Positions 41,678-51,834 of a DNA stretch of 64,000 nucleotides are shown one piece after another. The stretch comes from Dehalococcoidia bacterium (lineage in GTDB: Bacteria > Chloroflexota > Dehalococcoidia > Bin125), in NCBI GenBank assembly GCA_963663235.2, contig CAXXNO010000009.1:84580-148579 (forward strand), written 5' to 3'. The stretch's first letter is position 1; each line of letters starts with the position of its first letter. The position numbers were made by a program, and so were the translations under genes. The notes beneath the pieces are model-generated. The model was given only the letters and a program-made list of their open reading frames with translations, did not search any database and was not told the DNA's origin.

Positions 41678-42583
41678 ATGTCGCCCGCGGAGACGGTGTC
41701 CACGGACGGGCCGGTGCTGCCTTCGGATCTCGTGGGGCAGTACACCATTGCGCAGAGCTACGAGCTGACGCCGCGCAAGTGCATGGCGTTCGCGGCCGGC
41801 GTGCACGATTACAAGGCGTGCTACTTCGACGACACGCGCCCCGAGGAGCTGGTGGGGCACCCGGGACTGGCGTTCGCGTTCCAGTGGAACAGCCACTACA
41901 CGGCGGGGCGCCCCTACGACGTGCGCGCGCCGATGTGGCGGCACCTGCTGCACGCGGGGTCGGACGTGCGCTACGCGCGGCCGTTCCGCATCGGCGACCA
42001 GATCACCTGCCAGGGGCGGACGGTCAGGCTGCGCCCGATCAAGCCGGGCCTGCTGTGGGAGCAGCGCTACACGATGGTCGACGCGAGCGGGGCGACGGTG
42101 GTGGAGCTGGACCACAGCGCCATTGTGCGGAACGCGCGGCTGGAGGGGCCGCCGCGGGAGATCGACGAGTCGCCGCCGCTGCCGCAGCCGGCCGGGCCTG
42201 TGGACGAGCCACTGTGGACGGCGTCGGTCCCGATTGCACCGGAAGCGCCGCACGTCTACAGCGAGTGCGCGGACATCTGGAACCCGATCCACACGGAGCG
42301 CGCCGCGGCGCTGGCGGCGGGGCTGCCGGACATCGTGCTGCACGGCACGGCGACGTTGACCATCGCCGCCCGCGAGTTGATCGACCGTGAGGTTGACGGC
42401 GACCCCAGGCGGCTGAGTCGCATCGCCGGTCAATACCGGGCGATGGTCTTCCCCGGGCATCCTCTGACGGTCCGGCTCCTGGAGCGCCGGAGGCTGGACG
42501 ACGGCTCCACCGCGATCTTCTTCGACGCGCTGAACCACGAAGGGCAAGCGGCCGTGAAGAGCGGCGTGCTGGTAAGCCGCTGA
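41678..42583 (+). CDS. MaoC-type double hot-dog dehydratase
   Basis: HLLHAGSD; IWNPIH...AGLPDIVLHG. Confidence 0.85.
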   Translation: MSPAETVSTDGPVLPSDLVGQYTIAQSYELTPRKCMAFAAGVHDYKACYFDDTRPEELVGHPGLAFAFQWNSHYTAGRPYDVRAPMWRHLLHAGSDVRYARPFRIGDQITCQGRTVRLRPIKPGLLWEQRYTMVDASGATVVELDHSAIVRNARLEGPPREIDESPPLPQPAGPVDEPLWTASVPIAPEAPHVYSECADIWNPIHTERAAALAAGLPDIVLHGTATLTIAARELIDREVDGDPRRLSRIAGQYRAMVFPGHPLTVRLLERRRLDDGSTAIFFDALNHEGQAAVKSGVLVSR

Positions 42584-42630
42584 GGCCGGTTCCGGCGCCC
42601 TCCTCCACAACGGCGCGATCACGGACGGCG

Positions 42631-44391
42631 CTGGACCCGATCACCCTGGAAGTCGTGCGCGCAGGGCTGACGGCCGTCTGCAACGAGATGGCGCTGGTGG
42701 TCGCCAAGACGGCCTACTCGACGCCGGTCAACGAGGGCATGGACTTCGCCGGCACCGTCTACGACGCGGGCGGCGAGCTGGTGGCGCAGGGGGAGTTCGA
42801 CCTGCCGGCATTCGTCGGGCTCACGCACCTCACGGTGCCGGAGATCATCCGCGCCGTCGGGCGGGAGAACATGGCGCCGGGCGACGTCTACCTGATCAAC
42901 GACCCCTACACGGCCAACACGCACTGCAACGACATCCACTTCATCAAGCCGATCTTCCACGACGGGCGGCTGGTGGCGTTTACCTCGTCGACGGCGCACT
43001 GGGCGGACGTGGGCGGGGCGGCGGCGGGATCGATGAACTGCCGGGCCCGCACGCATTTCGAGGAGGGGATGCGGATCCCCGCCGTCGCGCTGTACAAGCG
43101 GGGGGTCATCAACCAAGACATCCTCTCGCTGCTGCTCATCAACATGCGCCAGTCGTGGGAGCGGCTGGGCGACCTCAACGCTCAGGTCGCCGCCGTACGG
43201 GCCGGGGACGCCCGCATGCAGCTCCTCATCGAGAAGCACGGCCTGGAGACCGTGCTCGCGGGGATGGACGAGGTGAAGGACTACACGGAGCGCTTGGCCC
43301 GCGCCGCCTGGGCGCGTCTGCCAGACGGCGGATATGAGGTGGAGGATCGGGTCGATCAGGACGTGCTCAGCGGCGAGCCGAAGACGGTGCGGCTCACGCT
43401 GACGATCGCCGGCGACCAGGCGGTGTTCGACCTCAGCGAGACGGACGGCGCCGCCGAGTCCGCCATCAACTGCACCATCGCGGCGACGACGTCGGCGATC
43501 TTCATCGCGCTGGCCTCGATCCTGCCGCCGATGCCGATGAACGCGGGGGTCATGCGGACGATCGAGATCAAGGCGCGGCGCGGCTCGCTCGTGTGGGCGC
43601 AGCCGCCGGTGGCGGTCTCGGGATTGGCGGCGACCACGATGGACGCGGTCATCGGGGCGGTGATGCTGGCGCTGGGCCGGGCTCTCCCCGAGCGGGCCGT
43701 GGGGCTGCCGGCGGCGGTGGTGAACTCCACGTTCGCCGGCCACGACACCCGCCCGGGCTTCGATGCGCCGTATATCAATTTCGTCTGGGCCTTCGGGGGG
43801 ATGGGAGCGACCAAGCACCACGATGGCGCCAACGACACGGCGCCGCCGTACGGCGCCAGTACGCAGAATATCCCGTGCGAACTGCAGGAGCGCCGCTATC
43901 CGATGCTGCACCTCCGGCACATGCTCCTGCGCGACTCCGGCGGGCCGGGATCGACGCGCGGTGGGCTCGGCGTCGACCAGTTGGTGGAGCAGCGCCACGC
44001 AGGCCCGGTATCGACCATCGGCCATCGCGAGCGGTTCGGCCCCTCCGGCATCCTAGGCGGCGGGCCGGGACAACGGTCGCGGGTAGTCGTCAACGCCGGG
44101 ACGGAGCAGGAGCGGAACATCGGAGTACTCAGCGTGAACGTTCCCGTCGCGCAAGGTGAGCTGCTTTCGATCTGGACGGCGGGCGGCGGGGGCTACGGCG
44201 AGCCGCAGGAGCGGCCGGTGGAGCAGGTCATCGAAGACATCAAGGATGACTACGTGTCCATCGCGGCGGCCGAGGCGAGCTACGGGGTCGCGCTGCGCGA
44301 GATCGACCGGCGGGCCCTGCGCTGCGAGGTGGACGAGGCGGCGACCCGCCGCCTCCGCGAGCGGCTGCGTGGGGAGCGAGCGCGCGGATGA
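42631..44391 (+). CDS. Hydantoinase B/oxoprolinase family protein (start uncertain)
   Basis: DPITLEV, NDPY..THCND, AHWADVGG, FEEGMRIP, GGGGYG. Confidence 0.88.
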   Translation: MDPITLEVVRAGLTAVCNEMALVVAKTAYSTPVNEGMDFAGTVYDAGGELVAQGEFDLPAFVGLTHLTVPEIIRAVGRENMAPGDVYLINDPYTANTHCNDIHFIKPIFHDGRLVAFTSSTAHWADVGGAAAGSMNCRARTHFEEGMRIPAVALYKRGVINQDILSLLLINMRQSWERLGDLNAQVAAVRAGDARMQLLIEKHGLETVLAGMDEVKDYTERLARAAWARLPDGGYEVEDRVDQDVLSGEPKTVRLTLTIAGDQAVFDLSETDGAAESAINCTIAATTSAIFIALASILPPMPMNAGVMRTIEIKARRGSLVWAQPPVAVSGLAATTMDAVIGAVMLALGRALPERAVGLPAAVVNSTFAGHDTRPGFDAPYINFVWAFGGMGATKHHDGANDTAPPYGASTQNIPCELQERRYPMLHLRHMLLRDSGGPGSTRGGLGVDQLVEQRHAGPVSTIGHRERFGPSGILGGGPGQRSRVVVNAGTEQERNIGVLSVNVPVAQGELLSIWTAGGGGYGEPQERPVEQVIEDIKDDYVSIAAAEASYGVALREIDRRALRCEVDEAATRRLRERLRGERARG

Positions 44392-44518
44392 TGGGTCGGG
44401 CGGCCGGGATGGACGGATGTCCGCGTCGCCCCACTACAATCGCATGGCCAGCGAACGAGGGACGCCCTTGCGAGAGGGCGGCGAGGGGCCGCGGCGGCGG
44501 CCGGAAAGAGGAGGCACC

Positions 44519-45661
44519 ATGGGCCCGCTCTCAGGGATTCGCATCATCGAGATTGCCGGCATCGGGCCCGGTCCGTTCTGCGGCTTGCTGCTGTCCGACT
44601 TAGGAGCGGACGTCATCCGCGTCGACCGCGCCTACGAGGTGAACGGCGGCGACCCGGCGGAGCCGCCAATGAATGTCCTCAATCGCGGGCGCCGCTCGAT
44701 CGGCGTCGACTTGAAGAACCCCGAGGGCGTGGAGACGGTGCTGCGGTTCGTCGATTCGGCGGACGCCCTGTTCGAAGGGTTCCGGCCCGGCGTGATGGAG
44801 CGGCTGGGGCTCAGCCCGGAGGTCTGTCTGGCCCGCAATCCCAAGCTGGTCTACGGGCGCATGACGGGGTGGGGCCAGGAGGGTCCCTACGCGCAAATGG
44901 CCGGGCACGACATCAACTACATCGCGCTGGCCGGGGCGCTGGACAGCATCGGCCGCCGGGGGCAGCCGCCCACACCCCCGCTGAACTTGGTGGGGGATTT
45001 CGGCGGGGGCGGGCTGGTGCTGGCCTATGGCCTGGTGTGCGGCCTGCTGGAGACGCAGCGATCCGGGAAGGGCCAGGTCATCGACTCGGCCATGGTGGAT
45101 GGGGCCGCGATCCTGATGACCATGTTCTACGGCATGCACGCGGCAGGCACCTGGTCTGCAGAGCGGGGCATGAACCGCCTCGACTCCGGCTCGCACTGGT
45201 ACGACGCGTACGAGACGGCGGACGGCAAGTACGTTGCGATTGGGTCGGTGGAGGACAAGTTCTACGAGGAGATGCTCCGAAACACCGGAGTGAGCGGTGC
45301 GGAGCTGCCGGACCGGCAGGATCCGACCTACTGGCCCGAACTCAAGGAGCGGATGGGCGCCATCTTTCGCAGCAAGACCCGCGACGAGTGGTGCACCATC
45401 ATGGAGGGCACCGATTCCTGCTTCGCTCCGGTGCTCTCCCTGGAGGAGGCGCCCGATCATCCGCACAACAAGTTCCGCGACTCGTTCACGGAGGTGGCAG
45501 GGGTCCGCCAGCCGGCGCCCACGCCGCGGTTCGACCGCACGCCGGGCGAGATCCAGCGGCCGCCGCCGCACCCGGGCCAGCACAGCGACGAAATCTTGAG
45601 CGAAGGGGGCTACTCCGCCACAGAGATCAAGGCGCTGCGCGCCAGCGGCGCGGTGGCCTGA
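44519..45661 (+). CDS. CaiB/BaiF CoA-transferase, alpha-methylacyl-CoA racemase-like
   Basis: GIGPGPF, EGFRPGVMERLGL, GHDINY, GDFGGG. Confidence 0.9.
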   Translation: MGPLSGIRIIEIAGIGPGPFCGLLLSDLGADVIRVDRAYEVNGGDPAEPPMNVLNRGRRSIGVDLKNPEGVETVLRFVDSADALFEGFRPGVMERLGLSPEVCLARNPKLVYGRMTGWGQEGPYAQMAGHDINYIALAGALDSIGRRGQPPTPPLNLVGDFGGGGLVLAYGLVCGLLETQRSGKGQVIDSAMVDGAAILMTMFYGMHAAGTWSAERGMNRLDSGSHWYDAYETADGKYVAIGSVEDKFYEEMLRNTGVSGAELPDRQDPTYWPELKERMGAIFRSKTRDEWCTIMEGTDSCFAPVLSLEEAPDHPHNKFRDSFTEVAGVRQPAPTPRFDRTPGEIQRPPPHPGQHSDEILSEGGYSATEIKALRASGAVA

Positions 45662-45686
45662 GCGCCACTCGCGCGGGAAGCAGGCG

Positions 45687-46619
45687 ATGGCCGCACTCTC
45701 CGTCGGCGCCGTGATCCGGGCTTGGGACAGCCGCGCCGGGGCGTCGGCGGCCATGACGCTGGACGCCGCCCGGCGCGCGGAAGCGCTGGGTCTGGACAGC
45801 GTCTGCGTGGGCGACCACGTCACCTTTTATGGTCACGGCACCGACGGCTTGATCACGCTGACCGCCATCGCTGCGGTCACGAGCCGGATCCAGCTGAAGA
45901 CCAGCGTGTACCTCCTACCGCTGCGGCACCCAGTGCCGGTGGCGCTGCAAGCGGCGCAGCTGGACCAGCTGAGCGAAGGGCGCTTCGTCCTGGGCGTGGG
46001 TGTGGGCGGCGAGGACCCGCACGAGTTCCTCAGCTGCGGTGTGGACCCGCACACGCGCGGGGCACGGACCAACGAAGCGCTGCAGATCGTCGCGCGGCTC
46101 TGGCGCGAGGACCACGTCAGCTTTGAGGGCGAGCACTTCCAGATCGAGGACGTGACCATTGAGCCCAAGCCGGCGCGCCCGATCCCGATCTTCATCGGCG
46201 GCCGCAGCAAGGCGGCGCTGGTGCGGACGGGCCGCTACGGCGACGGCTACACGGGGATCTGGCAAACGCCGGACCGCCTGCGGCAAGCGCGGGAGACAAT
46301 CGCGGAGGCCGCCGAAGCCGCCGGCCGCGACCCGGCGGCGATCGAGATCGGCATGCAGTACTGGACCAGCGTCGCGGCCGAGAAGACGGCCGCCCGCGAG
46401 GCCGTCGCGGAGCGGATGGAAAAGAGCTACCGCATCCCGTTCGAGCGCTTCGAGCGCTACACGCCGTACGGTACGGCGGCCGAAGTGGCGGCAGTCATCG
46501 CGCCGTACTTAGAGGTCGGCGTCAAGCACATCAATCTCATCACAGTGCAAGCGACGCCGGAAGAGTCGATCGAGCGGAGCGCGGAGATCCAGGGGGAGTT
46601 GGCGGCGCTTGGGCGCTGA
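45687..46619 (+). CDS. LLM class oxidoreductase
   Basis: GLDSVCVGDH, PLRHP, LDQLSEGRF.LGVG. Confidence 0.88.
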   Translation: MAALSVGAVIRAWDSRAGASAAMTLDAARRAEALGLDSVCVGDHVTFYGHGTDGLITLTAIAAVTSRIQLKTSVYLLPLRHPVPVALQAAQLDQLSEGRFVLGVGVGGEDPHEFLSCGVDPHTRGARTNEALQIVARLWREDHVSFEGEHFQIEDVTIEPKPARPIPIFIGGRSKAALVRTGRYGDGYTGIWQTPDRLRQARETIAEAAEAAGRDPAAIEIGMQYWTSVAAEKTAAREAVAERMEKSYRIPFERFERYTPYGTAAEVAAVIAPYLEVGVKHINLITVQATPEESIERSAEIQGELAALGR

Positions 46620-47547
46620 AGGCTACGGCCTAGCCTACGTCGCGATCGTCGTCGAGGACGTCGAGGCGGTCGCCGCTACGTTCGAAGATGGGTTCGGGCT
46701 ACGCCGCAGCGACTGTTCCGTCGCCGGCGACCGGCGCGTGCCGCTCTTCAGCGTGGGCGCGTCCGCGCTGGCGCTGTTCGCTCCCGCGGACCCCTTCCTG
46801 GACGAACCGACAAAGCCCGGCGTTCATCACATCGCGCTGGCCGCGGCCGAACCGGAGACGGCGGCGCGCGCCCACCGCCTGCCCGTCGTTCCCGAGAGCG
46901 CGGCGATCGGACTCGACGGCGCCCGCCAGGTGATCCTCGACCCGGTCGCAACCGGCGGCGTGCGGACCCGCCTCTGCCAGCGGCCGTCGCTGGAGCCCTT
47001 TACGCCCGGGCCGGTGGAGCGGATCGACCATCTCGGCGTCGCCAGCGCCGACAACGAGCGCGCGATCGCGGTCTTCTCCGACCGGCTCGGCTGTCCCGTC
47101 GAAAGCCGGCAGACGGACATGGAAGTGCAGCTCCCCGTGGAGAGCTTCACGTCGGACAAGTACGGCGTCGTATACCACAGCCGCCCGCCGGTCCCGTTGG
47201 GCGGCTTCCGTGTGGCCTTCGTCACCGTGGGCGATTGCGAATTGGAACTCCTCCAGCCGATCGATCCGTCGCCGGCCGGCGGCGGCGTCCAGCGCGGCGG
47301 TCCCGGGACCACCCGGCAGGATCGAGGCGCCGTCGGCCGGTTCATCGAGCGACGCGGCCCAGGGCTGCACCACCTCGCGCTGAAAACCGGCGACATCAAC
47401 GCCACCCTCGCGAGGCTGGAGGCGGGCGGGCTGTCGCTGATCGATACCACCGGCCGCCCCGGCTCACGGCGCGCGCTGATCGGCTTCATCCACCCGAGCG
47501 CGCTGGGGGGACTGCTGGTCCACCTGGTGCAGCGCGACGAACTCTGA
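46609..47547 (+). CDS. Two-domain VOC protein (methylmalonyl-CoA epimerase-like)
   Basis: IDHLGVA, ELELLQP, RGPGLHHLAL, FIHPSALGGLLVHL. Confidence 0.8.
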   Translation: MGAEGYGLAYVAIVVEDVEAVAATFEDGFGLRRSDCSVAGDRRVPLFSVGASALALFAPADPFLDEPTKPGVHHIALAAAEPETAARAHRLPVVPESAAIGLDGARQVILDPVATGGVRTRLCQRPSLEPFTPGPVERIDHLGVASADNERAIAVFSDRLGCPVESRQTDMEVQLPVESFTSDKYGVVYHSRPPVPLGGFRVAFVTVGDCELELLQPIDPSPAGGGVQRGGPGTTRQDRGAVGRFIERRGPGLHHLALKTGDINATLARLEAGGLSLIDTTGRPGSRRALIGFIHPSALGGLLVHLVQRDEL

Positions 47548-47623
47548 CGCTCGGCGCCAGCCCTACAATCGGAGCAGGCGGCGTCGAGCCGCGTGAGGTC
47601 GAGTCGCGCGACGAGGGTTCTCC

Positions 47624-49099
47624 ATGCCCGATTACCTGAACGTGATCGCCGGTGAGCCGGTGGCGGCCCAATCGGGCCGCGAGTTCGCGAACCGCAACCC
47701 GGCCACCGGGGCCGTCCTGCACACGTTCCCCAACTCCGACGCGAGCGACATTGCAGCCGCCGTCGCCGCGGCGCGAGGCGCCCAGCGCGAATGGGCCCGC
47801 ACGCCCGCACCCCAGCGCGGCGAGATCCTCTACCGCGCCGCGGAGTCGATGCGGCGACGCAAGGAGGAGTTGGCGCTGGATCTCGTCGAGGAGATGGGCA
47901 AGGTGCTCCCGGAGGCGCGCGGGGACGTGCAAGAGGGCATCGACATGACCTACTTCATGGCGGCGGAGGGCCGGCGCCTGGTGGGGCAGACCGTGCCGGC
48001 CGAGTCGCGCATGAAGTTCGCCATGTCGGTGCGGGCGCCGATCGGCGTCGTCGGCGCGATCACGCCCTGGAACTTCCCCTTCGCCATCCCCACGTGGAAG
48101 CTGATGCCGGCGCTGATCGCCGGGAACAGCGTGGTGTTCAAGCCCTCAGAGTTCGCTCCCAAGACGGCTTGGAACGTGGTGCAGATCTTGATCGACGCGG
48201 GCCTGCCGCCGGGGGTGCTCAACCTGGTAGCAGGCGAGGGAGCGGAGCCGGGCGCGGCACTTGTGGAGCACCCGGACATCGACCTGATCTCGTTCACGGG
48301 CTCCAACGCCGTCGGGACGCAGGTCAGCGTGCGCTGCGCCGAAGTGGGCAAGCAAGTGTCGCTGGAGATGGGCGGGAAGAACGCCATCATCATCCTGCCG
48401 GATGCAGACCTGGACCTGGCGCTGCAAGGCGTGCTCTGGAGCGCCTACGGCACCTCGGGGCAGCGCTGCACGGCGGCCAGCCGGGTGATCACCCAACGAT
48501 CGATGGCGCAGGAGTTCGGCGAGCGGTTGGTGGAAGCGGCGCAGGGGCTGCGGCTGGGGCCCGGGACCGACCTCGGCACGGACATCGGCCCGATCATCAA
48601 TCCGCGGCAACTCGAAAAGATCGCGGGCTACATGGAGATCGGAGCGGGCGAAGGCGCGACCCTGGCCACGGGCGGCCGGGTGGCGACGGTGGCGGGGCAC
48701 GAGGAGGGCTACTGGTTTGAGCCCACGGTTTTCGTCGACGCGGCCCCGGGGATGCGCATCGCGCAGGAGGAGATCTTCGGGCCGGTGACGGCGGTGATCC
48801 CGGTGGATGACCTGGAGGCAGCGATCGAGGTAGCGAACAACGTGCCCTACGGGCTCTCGACATCGGTCTACACCACCAACGTGAACGCCGCCTTTCGCGC
48901 CATGGAGGAGCTGCGGACCGGCTTGGTGTACATCAACGCCGGCACCACCGGCGCGGAGATCCAGTTACCGTTCGGCGGCACGAGGGGAACCGGAAACGGT
49001 CACCGGGAGGCGGGCACGGCGGCGCTGGACACTTACACCGAGTGGAAGACGATCTACGTCGACTTTTCCGGACAGTTGCAGCGCGCACAGATCGATTGA
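47624..49099 (+). CDS. Aldehyde dehydrogenase
   Basis: ITPWNFP, FTGS, LEMGGKN, GQRCTA, EEIFGP. Confidence 0.95.
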   Translation: MPDYLNVIAGEPVAAQSGREFANRNPATGAVLHTFPNSDASDIAAAVAAARGAQREWARTPAPQRGEILYRAAESMRRRKEELALDLVEEMGKVLPEARGDVQEGIDMTYFMAAEGRRLVGQTVPAESRMKFAMSVRAPIGVVGAITPWNFPFAIPTWKLMPALIAGNSVVFKPSEFAPKTAWNVVQILIDAGLPPGVLNLVAGEGAEPGAALVEHPDIDLISFTGSNAVGTQVSVRCAEVGKQVSLEMGGKNAIIILPDADLDLALQGVLWSAYGTSGQRCTAASRVITQRSMAQEFGERLVEAAQGLRLGPGTDLGTDIGPIINPRQLEKIAGYMEIGAGEGATLATGGRVATVAGHEEGYWFEPTVFVDAAPGMRIAQEEIFGPVTAVIPVDDLEAAIEVANNVPYGLSTSVYTTNVNAAFRAMEELRTGLVYINAGTTGAEIQLPFGGTRGTGNGHREAGTAALDTYTEWKTIYVDFSGQLQRAQID

Positions 49100-49151
49100 G
49101 TCCCGCCGCCGTTGTTGGAGAGGGCCGGCGATGTTACGCTCGCCGACGGCC

Positions 49152-49367
49152 GTGTCGATTCAGCAACCCCAGATCCCGGTCATGGCGGTCGTCGTGCGGG
49201 TCGTGTCGATCCTGGGGATGGGGCTGTCCGCCGGTGCGTTGGTGCTCTTGCTCATCGCGGCGGAGTGGCTCTGGGCCGGGGTCTCAGCGGTGGTCTTGGT
49301 CCCCTTCGTGGCGCTGATGTGGGTGGTGGAGCGACTTCTCCCCGATCCGCCCCAACGAACACCGTAA
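49152..49367 (+). CDS. Small membrane protein
   Basis: Two hydrophobic helices in a short ORF filling the intergenic gap. Confidence 0.45.
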   Translation: MSIQQPQIPVMAVVVRVVSILGMGLSAGALVLLLIAAEWLWAGVSAVVLVPFVALMWVVERLLPDPPQRTP

Positions 49368-49392
49368 CCGCCCGCTCTGAAGGGGCACGGTC

Positions 49393-50247
49393 TCACTCGC
49401 CGTCGGCAGTCGCCGGTGCGGTCTGCTCGGCCTCTTCGATCTCCGGGGCCGAGGCGGGCTCTTCAGCAGCGGCCGCGCCATCCGGTTCCAGCACCTCGAT
49501 ACTGATCCGGCGGATGCGGCCGCCCGCCGCCGGCACCGGCACCAACTGGGGATTCCGCTCCGGGAGAGCCAAGACGAACTCCATCCCCTCGACCACACGG
49601 CCGAAGGCCGTGAACCCGCCACTGTCCAGTTGCGGCTGCGGCGTGAGCGTGATGAAGAACTGGGAGGAGAACGCCCCCTCCTGTGGCGAGCGCATCATGG
49701 CGAGGATGCCCACGCCATCCAGCGTGAGCGCCGCCGCGTTCTCACCCACGTCATCGTCCGGCAGGAAGTAGCCGGCGCTCCCCGTCAAGGTGGCGTCCGG
49801 AGCGCCGGTCTGCGCAACGAAATCCGCGACCACCCGGTGGAAGGTGAGGTTATCGTAGAAGCCCTGGTCCACCAGGAAGATAAAATTGTTGACGTGGATC
49901 GGCGCTTCGTCGTCGAACAGCTCGATCCGCACCACCCCGTTCTCCAACTCCACCACCGCGACGTACTCCTGACCGACGTCCAGCGTGAGGAGCGGTGGGG
50001 CGTCGAAGGTGGGCTTGCCTTCCACAGCGCCGGTCTCCCCGAGCACCTCGGACTCCAGCCGCCGCAGCGGCGCCTCGCCGTCCGGCGTGGTCGTGCTGCC
50101 CCCGCCCAGGAGGAAGACGGGCAGGAGGCCGCCCAAGAGCCCGACGACGCCGACGACGTAGAACATCTTGGCGTAGCGCGAGCGGAAGATGGAGCGCCGG
50201 CCGCCCCCGCGGTCGAAGCCGCGGCCGCCGCTGCGCCGCTGCGCCAA
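49393..50247 (-). CDS. Membrane-anchored cyclophilin-type peptidyl-prolyl isomerase
   Basis: APIHVNNF...GFYDNLTFHRVV, SQFFIT, TAFGRVVEG; N-terminal TM; true start may be about 45 nt upstream. Confidence 0.85.
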   Translation of the reverse strand: MAQRRSGGRGFDRGGGRRSIFRSRYAKMFYVVGVVGLLGGLLPVFLLGGGSTTTPDGEAPLRRLESEVLGETGAVEGKPTFDAPPLLTLDVGQEYVAVVELENGVVRIELFDDEAPIHVNNFIFLVDQGFYDNLTFHRVVADFVAQTGAPDATLTGSAGYFLPDDDVGENAAALTLDGVGILAMMRSPQEGAFSSQFFITLTPQPQLDSGGFTAFGRVVEGMEFVLALPERNPQLVPVPAAGGRIRRISIEVLEPDGAAAAEEPASAPEIEEAEQTAPATADGE

Positions 50248-50346
50248 GCGCTGCGCACGCTGCTGCCGAGTGAGTCGCTGTCGCGACGGCAGGGCAGTGC
50301 CTCCCTCGCCTTTACGCTCGGCCCCTGAGCGCGGATGTCCCGGCGC

Positions 50347-50422
50347 TGGTACCCCCGGCAGGACTCGAACCCGCGCTTCCGGCTCCGGAGGCCGGCGCTC
50401 TATCCAGCTGAGCTACGGGGGC
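50347..50422 (-). tRNA. tRNA-Arg(CCG)
   Basis: GCCCCCGTAGCTCAGCTGGATAGAGCGCCGGCCT-CCG-GAGCCGGAAGCGCGGGTTCGAGTCCTGCCGGGGGTACCA. Confidence 0.93.
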
Positions 50423-50501
50423 GTGCGCCAGATGGCGGGCGCGCCAATGTAGCCAAGGTGTAGCCACCGTACCGGTATCAGGCGTCGGACGGGAGGGTCC
50501 G

Positions 50502-50590
50502 ATGCGACGGCGAGGACACGGCGAAGGCAGTCTGTATCAGCGGGCGGACGGGCGCTGGTGCGCCAGCATGCGCCTCCCCGGCGGCAAGCG
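50502..50590 (+). pseudogene. N-terminal fragment of a tyrosine integrase, cut by the IS
   Basis: MRRRGHGEGSLYQRADGRWCASMRLPGGK resembles MSRRARGEGSVFKRSDGRW at 56139; GGAGG RBS. Confidence 0.75.
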
Positions 50591-51834
50591 TGACCTGCCC
50601 CCGATCGTTGTACCAGTCGTTAAGTGAGTCCGATCGCCGGGACGAGCGTCATGGGACGTTCCCGGGGTTGCTGCGTTTCCGGGGCGGGGGGGCGGTAGCC
50701 GAGGGCACGGTGGGGGCGGATCTGGTTGTCCTCCCGCCGCCAGCCCGCGATGAGGATCTGGGCTTCCAGCAGGGTGTCGAAGCGCTCGCGATTGAGGCAC
50801 GCGTCGCGCAGCTTGCCGTTGAACGATTCCCCAGAGCCGTTCGCCCAAGGCCTGCCCGGTTCGATGAAGCGGGTCGTGCCCCCGACCCGGTGCAGCCAGT
50901 CCCGCACCGCGGTGGCGGTGCACGCCGGGCCGTTGGCGGACCGCAGAAACGGCGGCGGCCCGCGCTCGACGAACAGCTGGGCCAACCGCGCCAGGCCGTC
51001 GTCGCTGCGCCGTCGGCGGGCGACGTCGAGACGCAGGCCCTCGCGGGTGGTCCTCATCCACGATGGCGAGGATCCGCACCGGGCGCCCCTCGGCGGTGCG
51101 GTCGAAGCCGAAGGCGTCGGACCAGCCGTGGGACGGCCGCTCGGCCCGCCGCCGCACCAGCGCGCCGGCCGCGAGCCAGAGGCGGCCCCGTTGGGGGTGC
51201 TTCCCGGGGACCCGCCAGCCTTCCTGACGCCAGAGCCGCTCGACCCGCTTGGGGTTCACCCGCCAGCCCGCCTGGCGCAGCCGGGCCGGGATGCGACGGG
51301 AGCCGTAGCGGCCGCAGCGGGTGGCCAGCGCGACGCTGCGCGCGATCAGCGCCGGCTCATCCGGGGACGGCCGGGGCACGTAGCGCGGTGTCGCCCGCGC
51401 CTGGCCGGTGACCTGGCAGGCCCGCCGCTCCGACACCGCGTACGGGTCCGTGCGGTAGGATGTCGCCCGGCGCCGCTGGGCCGGGCGCAGAAGTTTCCCG
51501 CTGCGACGTCCCCCAACATCGCGTTGGCCCGCGCCTGATCGGCCACCACCCGCTTCAGCCGACTGTTCTCGCGCTCCCGTTCTTTCAGCCGCTTGGCCCC
51601 TGGTCGACCCGCAGCCCCCCGTACTCCCGCCGCCAGCGGTAATACGTTGGCTCGGCCACGCCGAGGCGGCGCGCGACCGGCGCGACCGATTCCCCCTGCG
51701 CGAGCACCACCTCCGCCTCCCGCAGTTTGCCGATGATCTCCTCGGCCGCGTACCGCTTGCGTGCCATGCCGACTCCCTTCGCACCGGCCCGAATCCTCGC
51801 ACAGGATCTGGACCGGTTCTGGGGGGGCAGGTCA
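50591..51834 (-). mobile_element. IS3-family insertion sequence (IS407-like ends), 1244 bp, transposase inactivated
   Basis: Inverted ends TGACCTGCCCCC; orfA YYRWRREYGG; orfB VSERRAC, ESFNGKLRD, LGYRPPAP; no target-site duplication. Confidence 0.92.

Noticed and set aside
50591-51834. Diversity-generating retroelement as the cause of the IS mutations
   Set aside because: DGRs change A to any base on one strand over a short region and need an RT and template repeat. Here the changes are A>C and T>G over 1.2 kb and no RT is in the window.
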